Assembly: GCF_009914755.1 (NCBI RefSeq)
Contig: NC_060944.1
Direction: 5' to 3' (one strand)
Source of the DNA: the human T2T-CHM13v2.0 reference genome, Homo sapiens
DNA: 64,000 nucleotides
A model generated the notes under the pieces. The model was given only the letters and a program-made list of their open reading frames with translations, had not been told where the DNA came from and made no database searches. Made by a program: the position numbers and the translations under genes. Numbering within the stretch: the first letter of the stretch is position 1; each line of letters starts with the position of its first letter. Positions 1 to 21,679 of this stretch are shown piece after piece.

Positions 1-27
1 GGATTAAGGTTCTTCTTTTGCTTATAG

Positions 28-335
<308 letters not shown>

Positions 336-811
336 CAACATGATTTTTTTGAAAAGACTACCTCTCTCCTTTGAATTTTAAAATCAACTTACTGATTTCT
401 ACATAAAATCCTACTAGGATTTTGATTCACCTTTGGATTCATTGTTCTGAGTCATTCCTTCCTTTTTCTGTGCATTTGCAGTTGAGTTTTTTTCTCAATC
501 TGCTTCCTGCCTGTAGAATTTTGGGATGCAAAGGCCTCTTTTTACTTTTTAAGATTTTTTAAAAATTTGAAATGATTATAGAGTCAAAGATGTTGCAAAA
601 ATAGAAAGGTCCTGTGTACCTTTCTCCCAGTTTCCTCCAGAGGTAACACTGGACAAAGCTAGTACAATATCAAAAGCATAAAATGGGCAGTAGTACAATA
701 TACAAACCGTGTTCAGATTGTACCAGTTTTACATGCACTCATTTGTGTGTTTCATCACCATAAGGATCTCTCTTGTGCCATCTATACCTCCCTCCTCCAT
801 TCAGTACCTAA

Positions 812-1148
<337 letters not shown>

Positions 1149-2036
1149 GAAACCACTAATTTATTATCTACTCTATAATTGTTGTCATTTCAAGAATAGT
1201 ATATGAATAAAAGCAAGTGAAGGTATTAAAAATGTTGTATGAGTGGAATCATACAGTGTGTGACCTTTTGAAGTTGGCTTTTTTCACTCAGCATAATGCT
1301 CTTGAGATCCAAGTTATTGCATGTATCAATAGTACTTTAAAAATCACAGAAAGTTTCAAAAAATATACATAGAGGTTTTGTGTACCCTTTGCTCATTTTC
1401 CTCCAATGGGTGGGAAAATCTTACATACTTTTGGTATAATATCAGAACCATGTATAAATTCAGGTAACCACCATCACAATCAAGTATAGAACTGTTCTGT
1501 TATCCCAAGGCTTCCTCATGCTATTCATAGCTACAGTCACCCCTCCTTCCTCTCACCCCAATCCCTAAAAGTCCCACTTCATCTCTATAATTTTGTCATT
1601 TTGAAAATATTATATACATGGAATGATATAGTATGTAACCTTTCAAGATTGGCTTTTGTACTGGCTTTTCCATATAATGCCCTTTATATCCACTTAAGTT
1701 GTATCAGTAGTTTTTCCCTTTTTTTGCTGAGTGCTATTACATATAACACAGTTTGGCCATTCACCCATTGAAGAATGTTTGTTTCCAATTTAGGGCTATT
1801 ATGCAGGTTTTTGTCTCCACACATAATTTTCATTTCTCTGGAATAACCTTCAAGGAGTATGAATGCTGCCAAACAATTTTCCAGAACATCAGCAATATTC
1901 ATACATTGATAGACCTTCTCTGCATTTTGACTTGCTTTTAGAATGGTCACTATTTTATTTTAGCTGTTTTAATAGGTGTGTAATGATATCTTACCATAGT
2001 TTTAATTTACATTTCCCTAATGGCTATTGAAGTTTA

Positions 2037-2456
<420 letters not shown>

Positions 2457-2974
2457 CTAGAAAAAGAGTCTTGCTCTGTCACCCAGGTTAGAGTGCAGTG
2501 GCATGATCATAGCTCACTGCAGCCTTGAAATCCTGGACCCAAGTGATCCTACCAAGTAGCTAGGACTACCGGCGCTTGCCACCATGCCCAGCTAATTTTT
2601 TTTCTTTCAAGACAGGGTCTTGCTGTGTTGCCCAGGCTGCTTTTGAATTCTCCTGGCCTCAAGCCATCTTCCCACCTCGGCTTCCAAAGCACTGGGCACA
2701 GGTGTGAGCCACTGTGCCCAACCTGTTTGTCTGTATTTTTACTTTTGAGTTTTGAAAGTTCTTTATATATTCTAGATATGAGTCCTGTGTAAGATGTGTG
2801 ATTTGCAAGTATTTTCTTTCTAAATTTGTATGTCTTTTATTTCCTTTTCTTCCCTTATTGTACTAGCTAAGACTTCCAGCACTACATTGAATGAAAGTGG
2901 TGGGAACAGACATTCTTGCCTTATTTTTGATCTTGAGTGGATATATGACACATATAGTATATGTCACTAACAAT

Positions 2975-4128
<1,154 letters not shown>

Positions 4129-4153
4129 ACATGTATTATTTAGAAATGTGGTG

Positions 4154-4608
4154 GGATTTTTGGATTAATAGAAGTGTATTTAAGCAGGAATACATAAAAT
4201 CGTCATTGCTAGACTTAATATGAGATGTTAAATGTTTGATCCAATTTTTCTTCCTGGATAAGCTTTTCTTTCCTATCCCTACCGGATCCGATTCCACATA
4301 GAGCTACTGGATGAGTATTTGATAATGGGTCTGAAATTGGGATAGACATGTGCTGATCTTACACAAGTCCAACAAATTAAGCCAAGATGTTTGATGAGCC
4401 CTCGATGAATCATCATTGGTTAGGGTCATTGTGCTGATTAAGTACCCCTGTTTAAACCCAGATTTATGGCCAAATGCTCAGGTTGCAGTTTGTGGAGGTA
4501 TGTCATATTCAGCTGGATTGAGGGTCATGGGCAGAGGGGCCAGGTGTGATGGAGTATACTTTGGGAGAGTCATCTTGGTGACCCAGTGCACAACTGCGCC
4601 TCTTGACT
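4154..4608 (-). pseudogene. Processed pseudogene of NDUFB4 (complex I B15 subunit); CDS remnant 4573->4215
   Basis: Minus strand reads MTLPKYTPSHLAPLPMTLNPAEYDIPPQT ... [12 protein letters not shown] ... ALCGIGS ... [21 protein letters not shown], matching NDUFB4 ([37 protein letters not shown]). Intronless, with frameshifts and a deleted TM segment. Flanked by a near-perfect 24-bp direct repeat (4130-4153 / 4609-4632). Possibly the annotated NDUFB4P10 (from memory, unverified). Confidence 0.92.
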
Positions 4609-4619
4609 CATGTATTATT

Positions 4620-7750
<3,131 letters not shown>

Positions 7751-8189
7751 GTTCTCTCTCTCTCTCTCTCATCTCTAGATCACCTGATCCAGCAGGTGAT
7801 CTGCCCACGTTGGCCTCCCAAAGTGCTGGGATTATAGGCATGAGCCATCCTGCCTGGCTGAAATCCTCTTTTTATTTGTACTCTTTTTATCCCTGCAAAT
7901 CTAAGGTGATGTTTTTGGATATATAATCCTTTTTAAAACTTGTGGGTCACTTTGAATCTTATTCAATATTACTCTGTTAGACAAAAGACATGCCCACAGA
8001 TTTCTTTGCAATAAGCCCTTCTCTACTCTAGGCTTCTGCTGAGATGGCTAAGAGACAACAATCAGCCGTAAGATTTCCAGAATCACTATTGTTTTGATTT
8101 GGAGGATCTGTGAGACATATCCATAATTTGTTTAGACTCTTTAAATATGACTGAATAGTATTCTGAGGCACTGCCTTAAGTCTTTCTGA

Positions 8190-8498
<309 letters not shown>

Positions 8499-8619
8499 TG
8501 AGTTTTGCTAGGAAGCCATTTTTAAATTTTACTATCATCTGCTATTTGGAGAGGATAAGCATTTTCTAAATCATGAAGTCTTAGCTCTTTCATGTTTAAC
8601 ATTCTTTCCTTTTAAAAAG

Positions 8620-8865
8620 TTCAGCGTTTTTCAACTCGAGCCCTATTGATATTTCAGCTAGGATAATTATTTGATGTGTGTGTGTTTGGTGGGGGGATTG
8701 GGGTGGTTTGAGGGGGGCTGCCTTATACATTGTAGGATGTTTAACAGCATCCTTGGCCTCTGCCAACTAGATGGCAGTAGCAACCTCCCCAGCTTTGACA
8801 TCTAAAAATGCCTCCAGACATTGCCAAATATCCCTTGGGAGGCAGTGTCACTCTCACTGGAGAGC
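8620..8865. mobile_element. MER20-like hAT DNA transposon
   Basis: tgtaggatgtttaacagcatccttggcctctgcc...aaaaatgcctccagacattgccaaat motif. Confidence 0.65.
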
Positions 8866-9074
8866 TCTTGCTTTAGTTTATCCCTTTGCTCCTCCCTTTC
8901 ACTATAGGCAGCAAGAAGAAAGCAGGTGGCGCCTTTAACATTTTGCTTGGAAATTGCTTTACTTAGATCATCAAATTCATTAGGCACATTTTCTGTTTTC
9001 CACTTTATTGAAGGCAACAGGGTTGCTAATTTTTGTGTCACAGTATAGTTTCCAATAATATTTACTTCACTTGT

Positions 9075-9420
<346 letters not shown>

Positions 9421-10072
9421 CTAAGGGCCGAGGCTTCTTTAACAGCTTCTTCAAGGTGCTTTAGGTTTTTACTATACTCTTCTCAAAGTCCAATTCTAAT
9501 GCCACTCCTGCATATTAGAGTACTGTTACAGCAGTACTTTACCCAGTACCAAAATCTTTCTTTTCCCCTTTAAAAATTTTTTTCTTTATATGTTCCAATG
9601 AACAGAATTTTAATATGTTACCTATTGCTGCATAATAAACTATCCCAGAATTTAGCATCTTAAAACAAGAAGTATTTACTATCTCAAAGTGCTTGAGTAT
9701 CAGGAATCCAGGAGTGGTTTAACTGAGTGGTTCTGCCTAAGTTTCCCATGAGGTTTCAGTCAAACTGCTGGCCAGGGCTGTAATTATCCCAAGATTTTAC
9801 TAGGGCAATTTTATCAATTTCCATACTCAATCATGTGGTTGCTGGCAGGCCTCAGCCTTCATGGGCTCTTGGCCGGAAGCTTCCTTTCCTTGCCATGTGG
9901 GCCTCTCTATAGTGGCTGTTGACAAAATGGCAGCTTGCTTCTCCCAGAGTGAGTGACCCCAAAAATAGAGTACACACTAAAGACAGAAGCTGTAGTCTTT
10001 TTTTTTTTAATTTGAATTTTAGAAGTGACATACCATCATTTCTGGCATATCCTGCGGGTCACATAGGTAAAC

Positions 10073-11320
10073 TAATGGTGGCAGGAAGCAGACAGGTTCC
10101 TAGGTGGGAAGGGGTGGGTCCTTGGTGAAACCCCACCTTCAAGCCAGGGATGACCTGAAGCCTGACAGCCAGGCCTCCAGTTCTGTGTGGAGTCCACTAC
10201 CTAAAGTGAGAACTTCCTTGATGCCTTTTGGCCAATCAGATGGTGCTTTTTCCTGACCCGGCCAGATTCATGGACTCGTTGGGACTACCTGCCTGCAGAT
10301 AGGAGCTACCCACTTTGGGTCTCCTCTCCTCTGAGAGCTGTTTGGTCAGCCGATAAAGCTGTTCTCTGCCTTGCTCACCTTCCAGTTGTCTGTGTAACCT
10401 CATTCTTCACGGATGCTGGTCAAGAACTCAGGACCTGCCAAATGCGGGAGTAAAAGGAGCTGTAACACTTTCCTGGCCGGCTCGCTGAGGTGCAGGTGGG
10501 AGCTAAAGGGGCTGTAACACGTTCCTGGCTAGCTCGCTGAGGTGCAGGTGGTGACACGTTCCTGAACTGCTGGAGTGAAGAGTGGAGACCCTTCTGGAGG
10601 CCCAGACCTCGGGATTCTCCGAGCCAGAGCGGTAACACACTAGTTCTCCTGCCCTCTGCCAGCGCCAGGCTGCCACCCCATGCAACAGGAAGCAGTGGCA
10701 GGGCCAGGCCAGCCCAGGAGCCACAGGCCGGAGCAGGGTGGCAGGACTGAAAGAGCAGTAACACAAATGGGCTGAAACTCCACCCCCTGAAATACAGCAC
10801 CCCCACCTCGCTGAGCGGCTGCCGGTGATGAGAAAGAGAGAAGAGCTGCAGCCCTTCTGGGGGCCCAGATCTCGGGGCTCCCTGAGGCAGGGCTGTGACA
10901 TGCTGTAACACCCTCTTTGGGGCTCTGCAGTTCCTGGTGTCTCAGAGCTTTCAGGTGCCACTGCGTTCCCCTGGTCCAGACGCTGGTGCCTATAGCAGAG
11001 GTCGCTTGGGGTAGGTCTGGTCCAGCCAGAGCCTTGCATGGAGCTGGTGCCTGTGCCAGTGCCTGGAGCTGCTCACGTGGCTGCGGCAGCTTGTGTGCCT
11101 GGCTCTGTGTGGTGACTGGACCTCACGCTTGCTCACACACCCCCCCACCACTCCATGCCTGGCTTACCCTTGGTAGGCATGGGATCCGGGCTGCACTAGC
11201 CAAGCACAGCCTGCCAGGTGAGTGGGCAGAACGAGTGGGCACAAGCAAAACTCCAGCAGAGGCACCACCAGCCACAGAGGTTTTGCACTGACCAAGTGAC
11301 ACCCAAAGGATCCCGTGACA
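10073..11320. mobile_element. ERV1 solo LTR, MER52-family-like, inserted into an older MaLR (MLT1-like) LTR
   Basis: GC-rich LTR with repeated gctgtaacac blocks and terminus aagtgacacccaaaggatcccgtgaca; the ORFs here are LTR artefacts. MLT1-like sequence lies at ~9610-10070. Confidence 0.65.
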
Positions 11321-11444
11321 TAACCTTGGTACAGTGTAGGAGAGGACTGCCCGGATGTACATGATAGGTGGTAAGGAACATTGGGAGGTGTTTTGTGGCT
11401 GACTGTGGCCACAAAAATTTCCATTTTATTCCATCCAATATGTT

Positions 11445-12727
<1,283 letters not shown>

Positions 12728-15362
12728 ATGTATTTTCTAATATCCCTTGGACTTCATCTTTGACTCATGTTTTATTTTGAAGTATTGGGATTGTTTTTCA
12801 GTTATCTTTCTGTTATTATTTCTATTTAATTCTGTTATGGTCATACAACATAATTTAAATTCTTCTAAATTTGTTGAGGATTGTTTTTGTTGCCCAGAAT
12901 ATGATGAATCTCTCACTGAATGTTGTATGTGCAGTTGAAAAGAATGTTTATTCTGCTGTTGGTGGGTAAAGTGTCATGAATATAATTAGGAGAAATTAAT
13001 GATAGTGTTAAGGTTTTCTATATCCTTGCTTTTTTGGTCTACTTATTTTATTGATTATTGAGAGAGAAGGGTTGAATTATCTAGGTGCAATATAGATTTT
13101 TTCTGTTTCTTATTTCAGGTCTACTGGTTTTTACTTCATATATTTTTGAAGCTCTGTTGTTAGTATATACACTCTTATGACTGTTAAGTCTTCTTGGTGA
13201 ATTGAACCTTTTATTATTAAATAATACCACTTTTCCTCCCTGGTAATAGTCCTTCTTAAATCTACTTTGTCTGATATTAATACTGTCACTCCAACTTGCT
13301 TGGTTTCATGTTTGTATGGTGTGTCTTACTCCATTCATTTTTTTTTTAGGGATCCAATTCCTCTACACATCCTTTTACTTTTAACCCATATATTTCTTTA
13401 TATTTAAAGTGGGTCTTGTGGACAACATATTATTGCCTCTTACTTTGCTCCCAATCTGCTAATTTGTCTTTTAATTGATTGTCTTTTTACTGATACACTG
13501 GATTAAAATCTATCACCTTGTTATTTGTTTTCTAATCTTTCATCTGTGCTTTTTTTCTTTTTTCTTCCTTGATTTGGATTATGTTTCGAAAAGGAAAACT
13601 CCCAATCTCATGGGTGCTGCAAGTAGACAAGATGTATTGCATCTGATTGAAATAGTTTATTATTCATAGCACAACAAACAGTGTGAACATCAGCATAGTT
13701 GTATTGGTTCCCCTGGTCCTACATTCAACAGATGATGCAGTGAGCCCAGATGCATGGTATTCACACAGTGGGTTTGCATTGTAGCTGAGGGACCTAGGCC
13801 CAGCACTTTTTATTTTATTTTATTTTATTAATTAATTAATTAATTTGAGACAGGGTCTCACTGTGTTGCTTAGGCTGCTCTCGAATTCCTGGGCTCAAGT
13901 GATCCTCCTGCCTCAGCCTCTCAAAGTGCTGGGATTACAAGCATGAGCCACCACGCCTGGTCCCAGGACATTTTTATAGCAAGCAGTAAGCAAGCCTGCC
14001 TTGGTCTGAGAAATGATCTCACCTCTCAAAACTCTAGCTGTACTAACAATCCTGAACAAGGACCCAGGTGAAAGAGAGGTCTGGGCCTTGTGATCTTGAC
14101 ATACTCAGCAAGACACGTTGGACACAAGTGGCCTAGGGAGGAAGCCTCCCAACATTAGAAAAAATTATTATATGTACTTGTTTTCATGTTCAACAGTCAT
14201 TTTAAAAAATAAATTTTATTGTATATGTTTAAGGTATACAACATGATGTTATGGAATACATAGATATAGTAAAGTGATTACTATAGTGAAGCAAACGAAC
14301 ATATCCATCATCTCACATAGTTACCTATTCCAGCATTTTTATGATTCCATTTTCTATTATTGGCTTGTTACTTACACCTCTCTAAAAAAATTTTTTTAGT
14401 GGTTGCTATTGAATTTACTATATCTTTAATCAGTCTATCTTCAAATAATGTTATACCACTTCTTATATATCATAAGGACCCTTTAACAGCATATTTCCCA
14501 TTCCTCCATCTCCTCATTTTTACTGTTGTTATTGTCATACATTTCACTTTTATATATGCTATGAGGCCACAATGCATTGCTTTAGTAAAGCAGTTACCTT
14601 TTAAAGTGAGTAAAAATGAGAAACAATGTCTCTTATATTTACCTTTATTCTATCTGTTTCCAGAGATCATCATTTCTTTATGTAGATCCAAGTTTCTCTC
14701 AGGTATCATATTTCTTCTGCTTACAGAACGTCCACTGGTAATGAATTTTCTCTCTCTCTTTTTTTTTTTTGATCTGAAAAAGTGTATTTCCTTCATGTTT
14801 GAAAGATGTATTTGCTAGGTATAGAATTCTGGATTGGCAGTTTTTTGTCTTTCAGCATTTTAAAGATATGACTCTATTATCTTCTGGTTATATAATTTCT
14901 GATGAGAAGTCTTCTGTAATTCTTTGTTCCTCTGTAGGGAGTGTGCCTTTTTCCTCTAGATGCCTTCAATATTTTCTCTTTATCTTTGGTTTTCAGCAAT
15001 TTGAATATGATATATTAGGTTGTGTTTGCATGTGCTTCTTTGTTGTGTTTGTATATTGGCATTTAATCTTTTCTGGATTCTGTGAGTTTCTTGGCTCTGT
15101 GGTTTGATATCTTTCATTATTTTTGGAAAATTATTAGCTATTATATCTACAAATAAATATTGTATCTACATATATATATATTTTTTTCTCTGTTTCTTCT
15201 CCTTCTGGGATATGAATCACTTATATGTTAGCGCTTGGATATTTGTTCTGGTTTTTGTTTGTTTGTTTCACTCTTTTCTTTTTCTGTTTCAATTTGAGTA
15301 TTCTCTATTGACCTATCTTCAAGTTCACTGGTTATTTCCTCAGCTATGTCGAGTTTACTGAT

Positions 15363-17701
15363 TGATATAGTTTGGTTGTGTCACCACCCAAATCTCATCT
15401 TGAATTGTGGTTCCCATAATCCCCACGTGTCATGGGAGAGACCAGGTGGAGATAATTGAATCATGAGGGTGGTTCCCCCATCCTGTTCTCATGATAGTGA
15501 GTTAGTTCTCACAAGATCTGATGGTTTTATAAGGGGCTTCCTCCTTCCCCAGGCACTTCTCCTTGCTGCTGCCACATGAAGAAGGACGTGTTTGCTTCCC
15601 CTTCCACCATGATTGTAAGTTTCCTGAGGCCTCCTCAGCCCTTTGGAACAGTGAGTCAATTAAACCTCTTTTCTTTGTAAACTACCCAGTCTCAGGTATG
15701 TGCTTATAGCAGTGTGAGAACAGACTAATACAGTAAACTGGTATTGGTAGAATGAGGTGCAGCTATAAAGATACCTGATAATGTGGAAGCAGCTTTGGAA
15801 CTGGGTAACAGATAGAGGTTAGAACAGTTTGGAGGGCTCAGAAGAAGAAGGAAAATGTGGGAAAATGTGGAACTTCCTAAAGTCTTAGAGGGCTCAGAAG
15901 ACAGGAAAATGTGAGAAGGTTTGGAACTTCCTAGAGACTGTTGAATGGCTTTGACCAAAATGCTAATAGTGATATGAACAATGAAATCTAGGATGAGGTG
16001 GTCTCAGATGGAAATGAGGAACTAGCTGGGAACTGGAGTAAACTTCACTTTTGCAATGCAAAGAGACTGGTGGCATTTTACCCCTGCCCTAGAGATCTGT
16101 AGAACTTTGAACTTGAGAGAGATGATTTAGGGTATCTGGCAGGAGAAATTTCTAAGTGGCATAGCATTCAAGAGGAAGCAGAGAATAAACTTTTGGAAAA
16201 TTTGCAGCCTGATGATGTGATAGAAAAGAAAAACCCATTTTTTTCTGGGAGAAATTCAAGCCCCTTACAGAAATTTGCATAAGTAACAAGGAGACAAATA
16301 TTAATCACCAAGACAATGGGGAAAATGTCTCCAGGGCATATCAGAGACCTACACAGCAGCCCCTCCCATCATAGGCCCAGAGGCCTAGGAGGGAAAAATG
16401 ATTTCCTGGGCCAGGTCCAGTGCTCCCTTGCTGTATGCTGCCTCAGGACTTGGTGCCCTGCATCCTAGCCACTCAAGCCATGGCAAAAAGGGGCCAAGGA
16501 CAGCTCGGGCTATTGCTTCAGAGGGTGCAAGCCCCAAGCCTTGGCAGCTTCCATGAGGTATTGGGCCAGCAGGTGTGCAGAATGCAAGAATTGAGGTTTG
16601 GGAACCTCCGCCTAGATTTCAGAGGTTGTATGGAAATGCGTGGATGTCCAGGCAGAAGTCTGCTGCAGGGGCGGAGCCCTCATGGAGAACCTCTGCTAGG
16701 GCAGTGCGGAAGGGAAATGTGGGGTCAGATCCTACACACAGAGTCCCCACTGGGGCATTGCTTATGGAGCTGTGAGAAGAGGGCCACTGTCCTCCAGACC
16801 CCCGAATGGTAGATCCACCAACAACTTGCACTGAGTGTCTGGAAAAGTTGCAGACACTCAATGGCAGCCATGAAAGCAGCAGGGAGGGGGTCTCTACCCT
16901 GCAAAGCCACAGGGGTGGAGCTGCCCAGGGCTGTGGGAGCCCACCTCTTGCATCAGTGTGACCTGGATATGAGACCTGGAATCAAAGGATATTATTTTGG
17001 AGCTTTCAGGTTTAATGACTGTCCTATTGGATTTCAGACTTGCATGGGGCCTGTAGCCCCTTTGTTTGGGCCAATTTACCCCTTCAATTTCTCCTATTTA
17101 GAATGAGGGTATTTACCCAATGCCTATAACCCCATTATATCTAGGAAGTAATTAACTTGCTTTTGATTTTACAGGCTCTTAGGTGGAAGGGACTTGCCTT
17201 GTCTCAGAAGAGTCTTTGGACTTGGACTTTTGGGTTAATACTGGAATGAGTTAAGACTTTGGAGGACTGTTGGAAGCACATAATTGTGTTTTGAATTGTG
17301 AGGACATGAGATTTGGGAGGGGCTGGGGCAAAATTATATGGTTTGACTGTGTCCCCACCCAAATCTCATCTTGAATTGTGGTTCCCATAATCCCCACATG
17401 TCATGGAAAGGACCAGGTGAAGACAGTTGAATCATGGGGGTGGTTTCCCCCATCCTTTTCTTGTGATAGTGAGTTACTTCTCATGAGATCTGATGGTTTT
17501 ATAAGGGGCTTCCCCCTTCGCTGGGCACTTCTTGCTGCTGCCATGCGAAGAAGGACGTGTTTGCTTCCCCTTCTGCCATGATTGTAAGTTTCCTAAGGCC
17601 TCCCCAGCCCTGTGGAACTGTGAGTTAATTAAACATCTCTCATTTATAAATTACCCAGTCTCAGGTGTGTCTTTGTAGTAGCGTGAGAAAGGACTAGTAT
17701 A
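15363..17701 (+). mobile_element. Full-length THE1 (ERVL-MaLR) element: 5' LTR 15363-15732, internal 15733-17333, 3' LTR 17334-17701
   Basis: Two homologous LTRs (tgatatagtttgg..cccaaatctcatcttgaattgtggttcccataatcccca ... gactaataca), THE1-type internal region, 5-bp TSD CTGAT (15358-15362 / 17702-17706). Confidence 0.9.
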
Positions 17702-18169
17702 CTGATAAGCCTGTCAACAGCATTCTTCAAATCTGTTATATGTATGTGTTTTTTCTTATTTCTAGCATTTCTCTATGTCTCTTTTTTTGTAGTCTTCATA
17801 TTTCTGCAAAAATTCCCCTTTTGTTCTTTCATATTGTCTACATTTTCCACAAGAGCCTTTCATATTCACGTATTACTTATAGTTGTCTTAAGTTCTGTGT
17901 CAGATAATTACAGCATCTGCATCTTGCACCTGGTCTTGCTTTCTCTCTCTCTCTCTTTCTCTTTCTCTCTTTCTCTCTTTAATATAGAAACAGGGCCTTA
18001 CGATATTGCCCAGACTGGTCTTCAGACTCCTGGCCTCAAGCATTCCATCTGCCTTGGCATTCCAAAGTGCTGGATTATAGGTATAAGCCACCACACCTGG
18101 ACTGCTTTGTCTCTTGACAGTAGGTTTTTTTGGTATTTTAAAAGTTGTGTGTGTGTGTGTGTGTTGTAA

Positions 18170-19934
<1,765 letters not shown>

Positions 19935-20977
19935 TTAGATGAAGTATCTACTCTATCCATTAATGAGAAATAAGAATCAAACCAACCCAATGAAATAGTT
20001 CTTAGAAGATGAAAACTACAACAGGATAAAAGGGGAACAGGCACAGGATAAAAGGGTTGTAAGCACAGTCTCTAGAGGCAGTCTACCTGGGCTTAAATTC
20101 CAGGTCCATCACTTACTAGCTGTAGGGCCTGGGACAAGTTCCTTCACCTCTCTGTATCTCAACTTCTGTATCTGTAAAGTGGAAACAGCAAGAGGATTAA
20201 AAGGGTTAATTTTTGTAAAGCACTTATAATAGTGACTGGCACATAATAAGCTCTGTGGAAGTGTTAACAATTAGGGCTTACTTCCTATAATTTCAGAAAT
20301 TTGTGGAAGACAGCAGTTCCCTCCCTTTCTCAGAACCCATTACCATCAAAACAGCTAACGATTACTGAGCATTTCCAAAGTGCCCAAGTCCTGTAACTAA
20401 CCATTTTATATAAATTATCTTATAAGAGGGAGGGATTAATTATTCCTCTTTAGTAGGTAAGAGATCAAGGATCAGAGAAGTGTTTACCCAGCTGGCTAGA
20501 GGAATCAATAGGTTTACAACCCAAGAGGGTCTGACTGTATTGCCTGTGCTCTTAACCATTGCATTTGTTGCCTCCCACAAACTAGTTTCCATGCTTGTAA
20601 ACTAGTGGGAAAATTGCATGCTGTATTTATCTCACAGGGTTGTTTTGAGATCCCAATAATGTTAAGAGGCAGTGCTTTAGTGTACAGAGTGCTGGTCCCC
20701 TGACAGGGAAACCTGAATGTGTCAATGATTTGTTCACACTTCCCTCCCTCTGCACATGCCCTTCTCCCTCTTTTCTGCTTGTTGAACTCATGTCTTCAAG
20801 ACTTAGCTCAGATATCAGCGTCCAGATTTTATTCTAACAGTGGAGGAATTTAGGCAACGCCGCGTGGCGGGGGGGTCGAGGGGGGCACACCAGACTTGTG
20901 TTCTGAAATGACAGCTGACTTGTAATGCAGGGAATGGAGTGTAGCCGGGCCAGAATGAGTACAAGAAAACCAGATAG

Positions 20978-21283
<306 letters not shown>

Positions 21284-21679
21284 AAGAAAACCAGATAGAA
21301 GGTTACTGCATTAGGAGCCCAGGCGGGAGGTGGTGGGGCAAACGGAAGGAATGGTGGACTGGAAAGATATTTAGGAAAGAGAATCGACAGGAAATGGAGG
21401 TGTATTTTAATATAGGCAGCGAGGGAGAGGGAGGTGGCAAGGATGACTCCTAGTTCCTGACTTGCTCGCGGATGTTTGTCGAATGAATGATCCAGTGACC
21501 CCAAGGCAGAAGTATCTCAGAGAGATCCCCCCACTCCCCTCCCCGCACCCGTCACCACGCTGCCTTCGGAGCTCTGACCGTAAGGGGGTGGATGGAAGGC
21601 AGGAGGAAGGGAATGGCCACGGAGTCTTGGTCCAGGAGCTGCTAGACTGGACACTTCTAGCACTGGTCTGAGCCAGGAG

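Noticed and set aside
20855-20890. GC-rich patch resembling a CTCF motif
   Set aside because: Poor match to the 5' half of the CTCF consensus.
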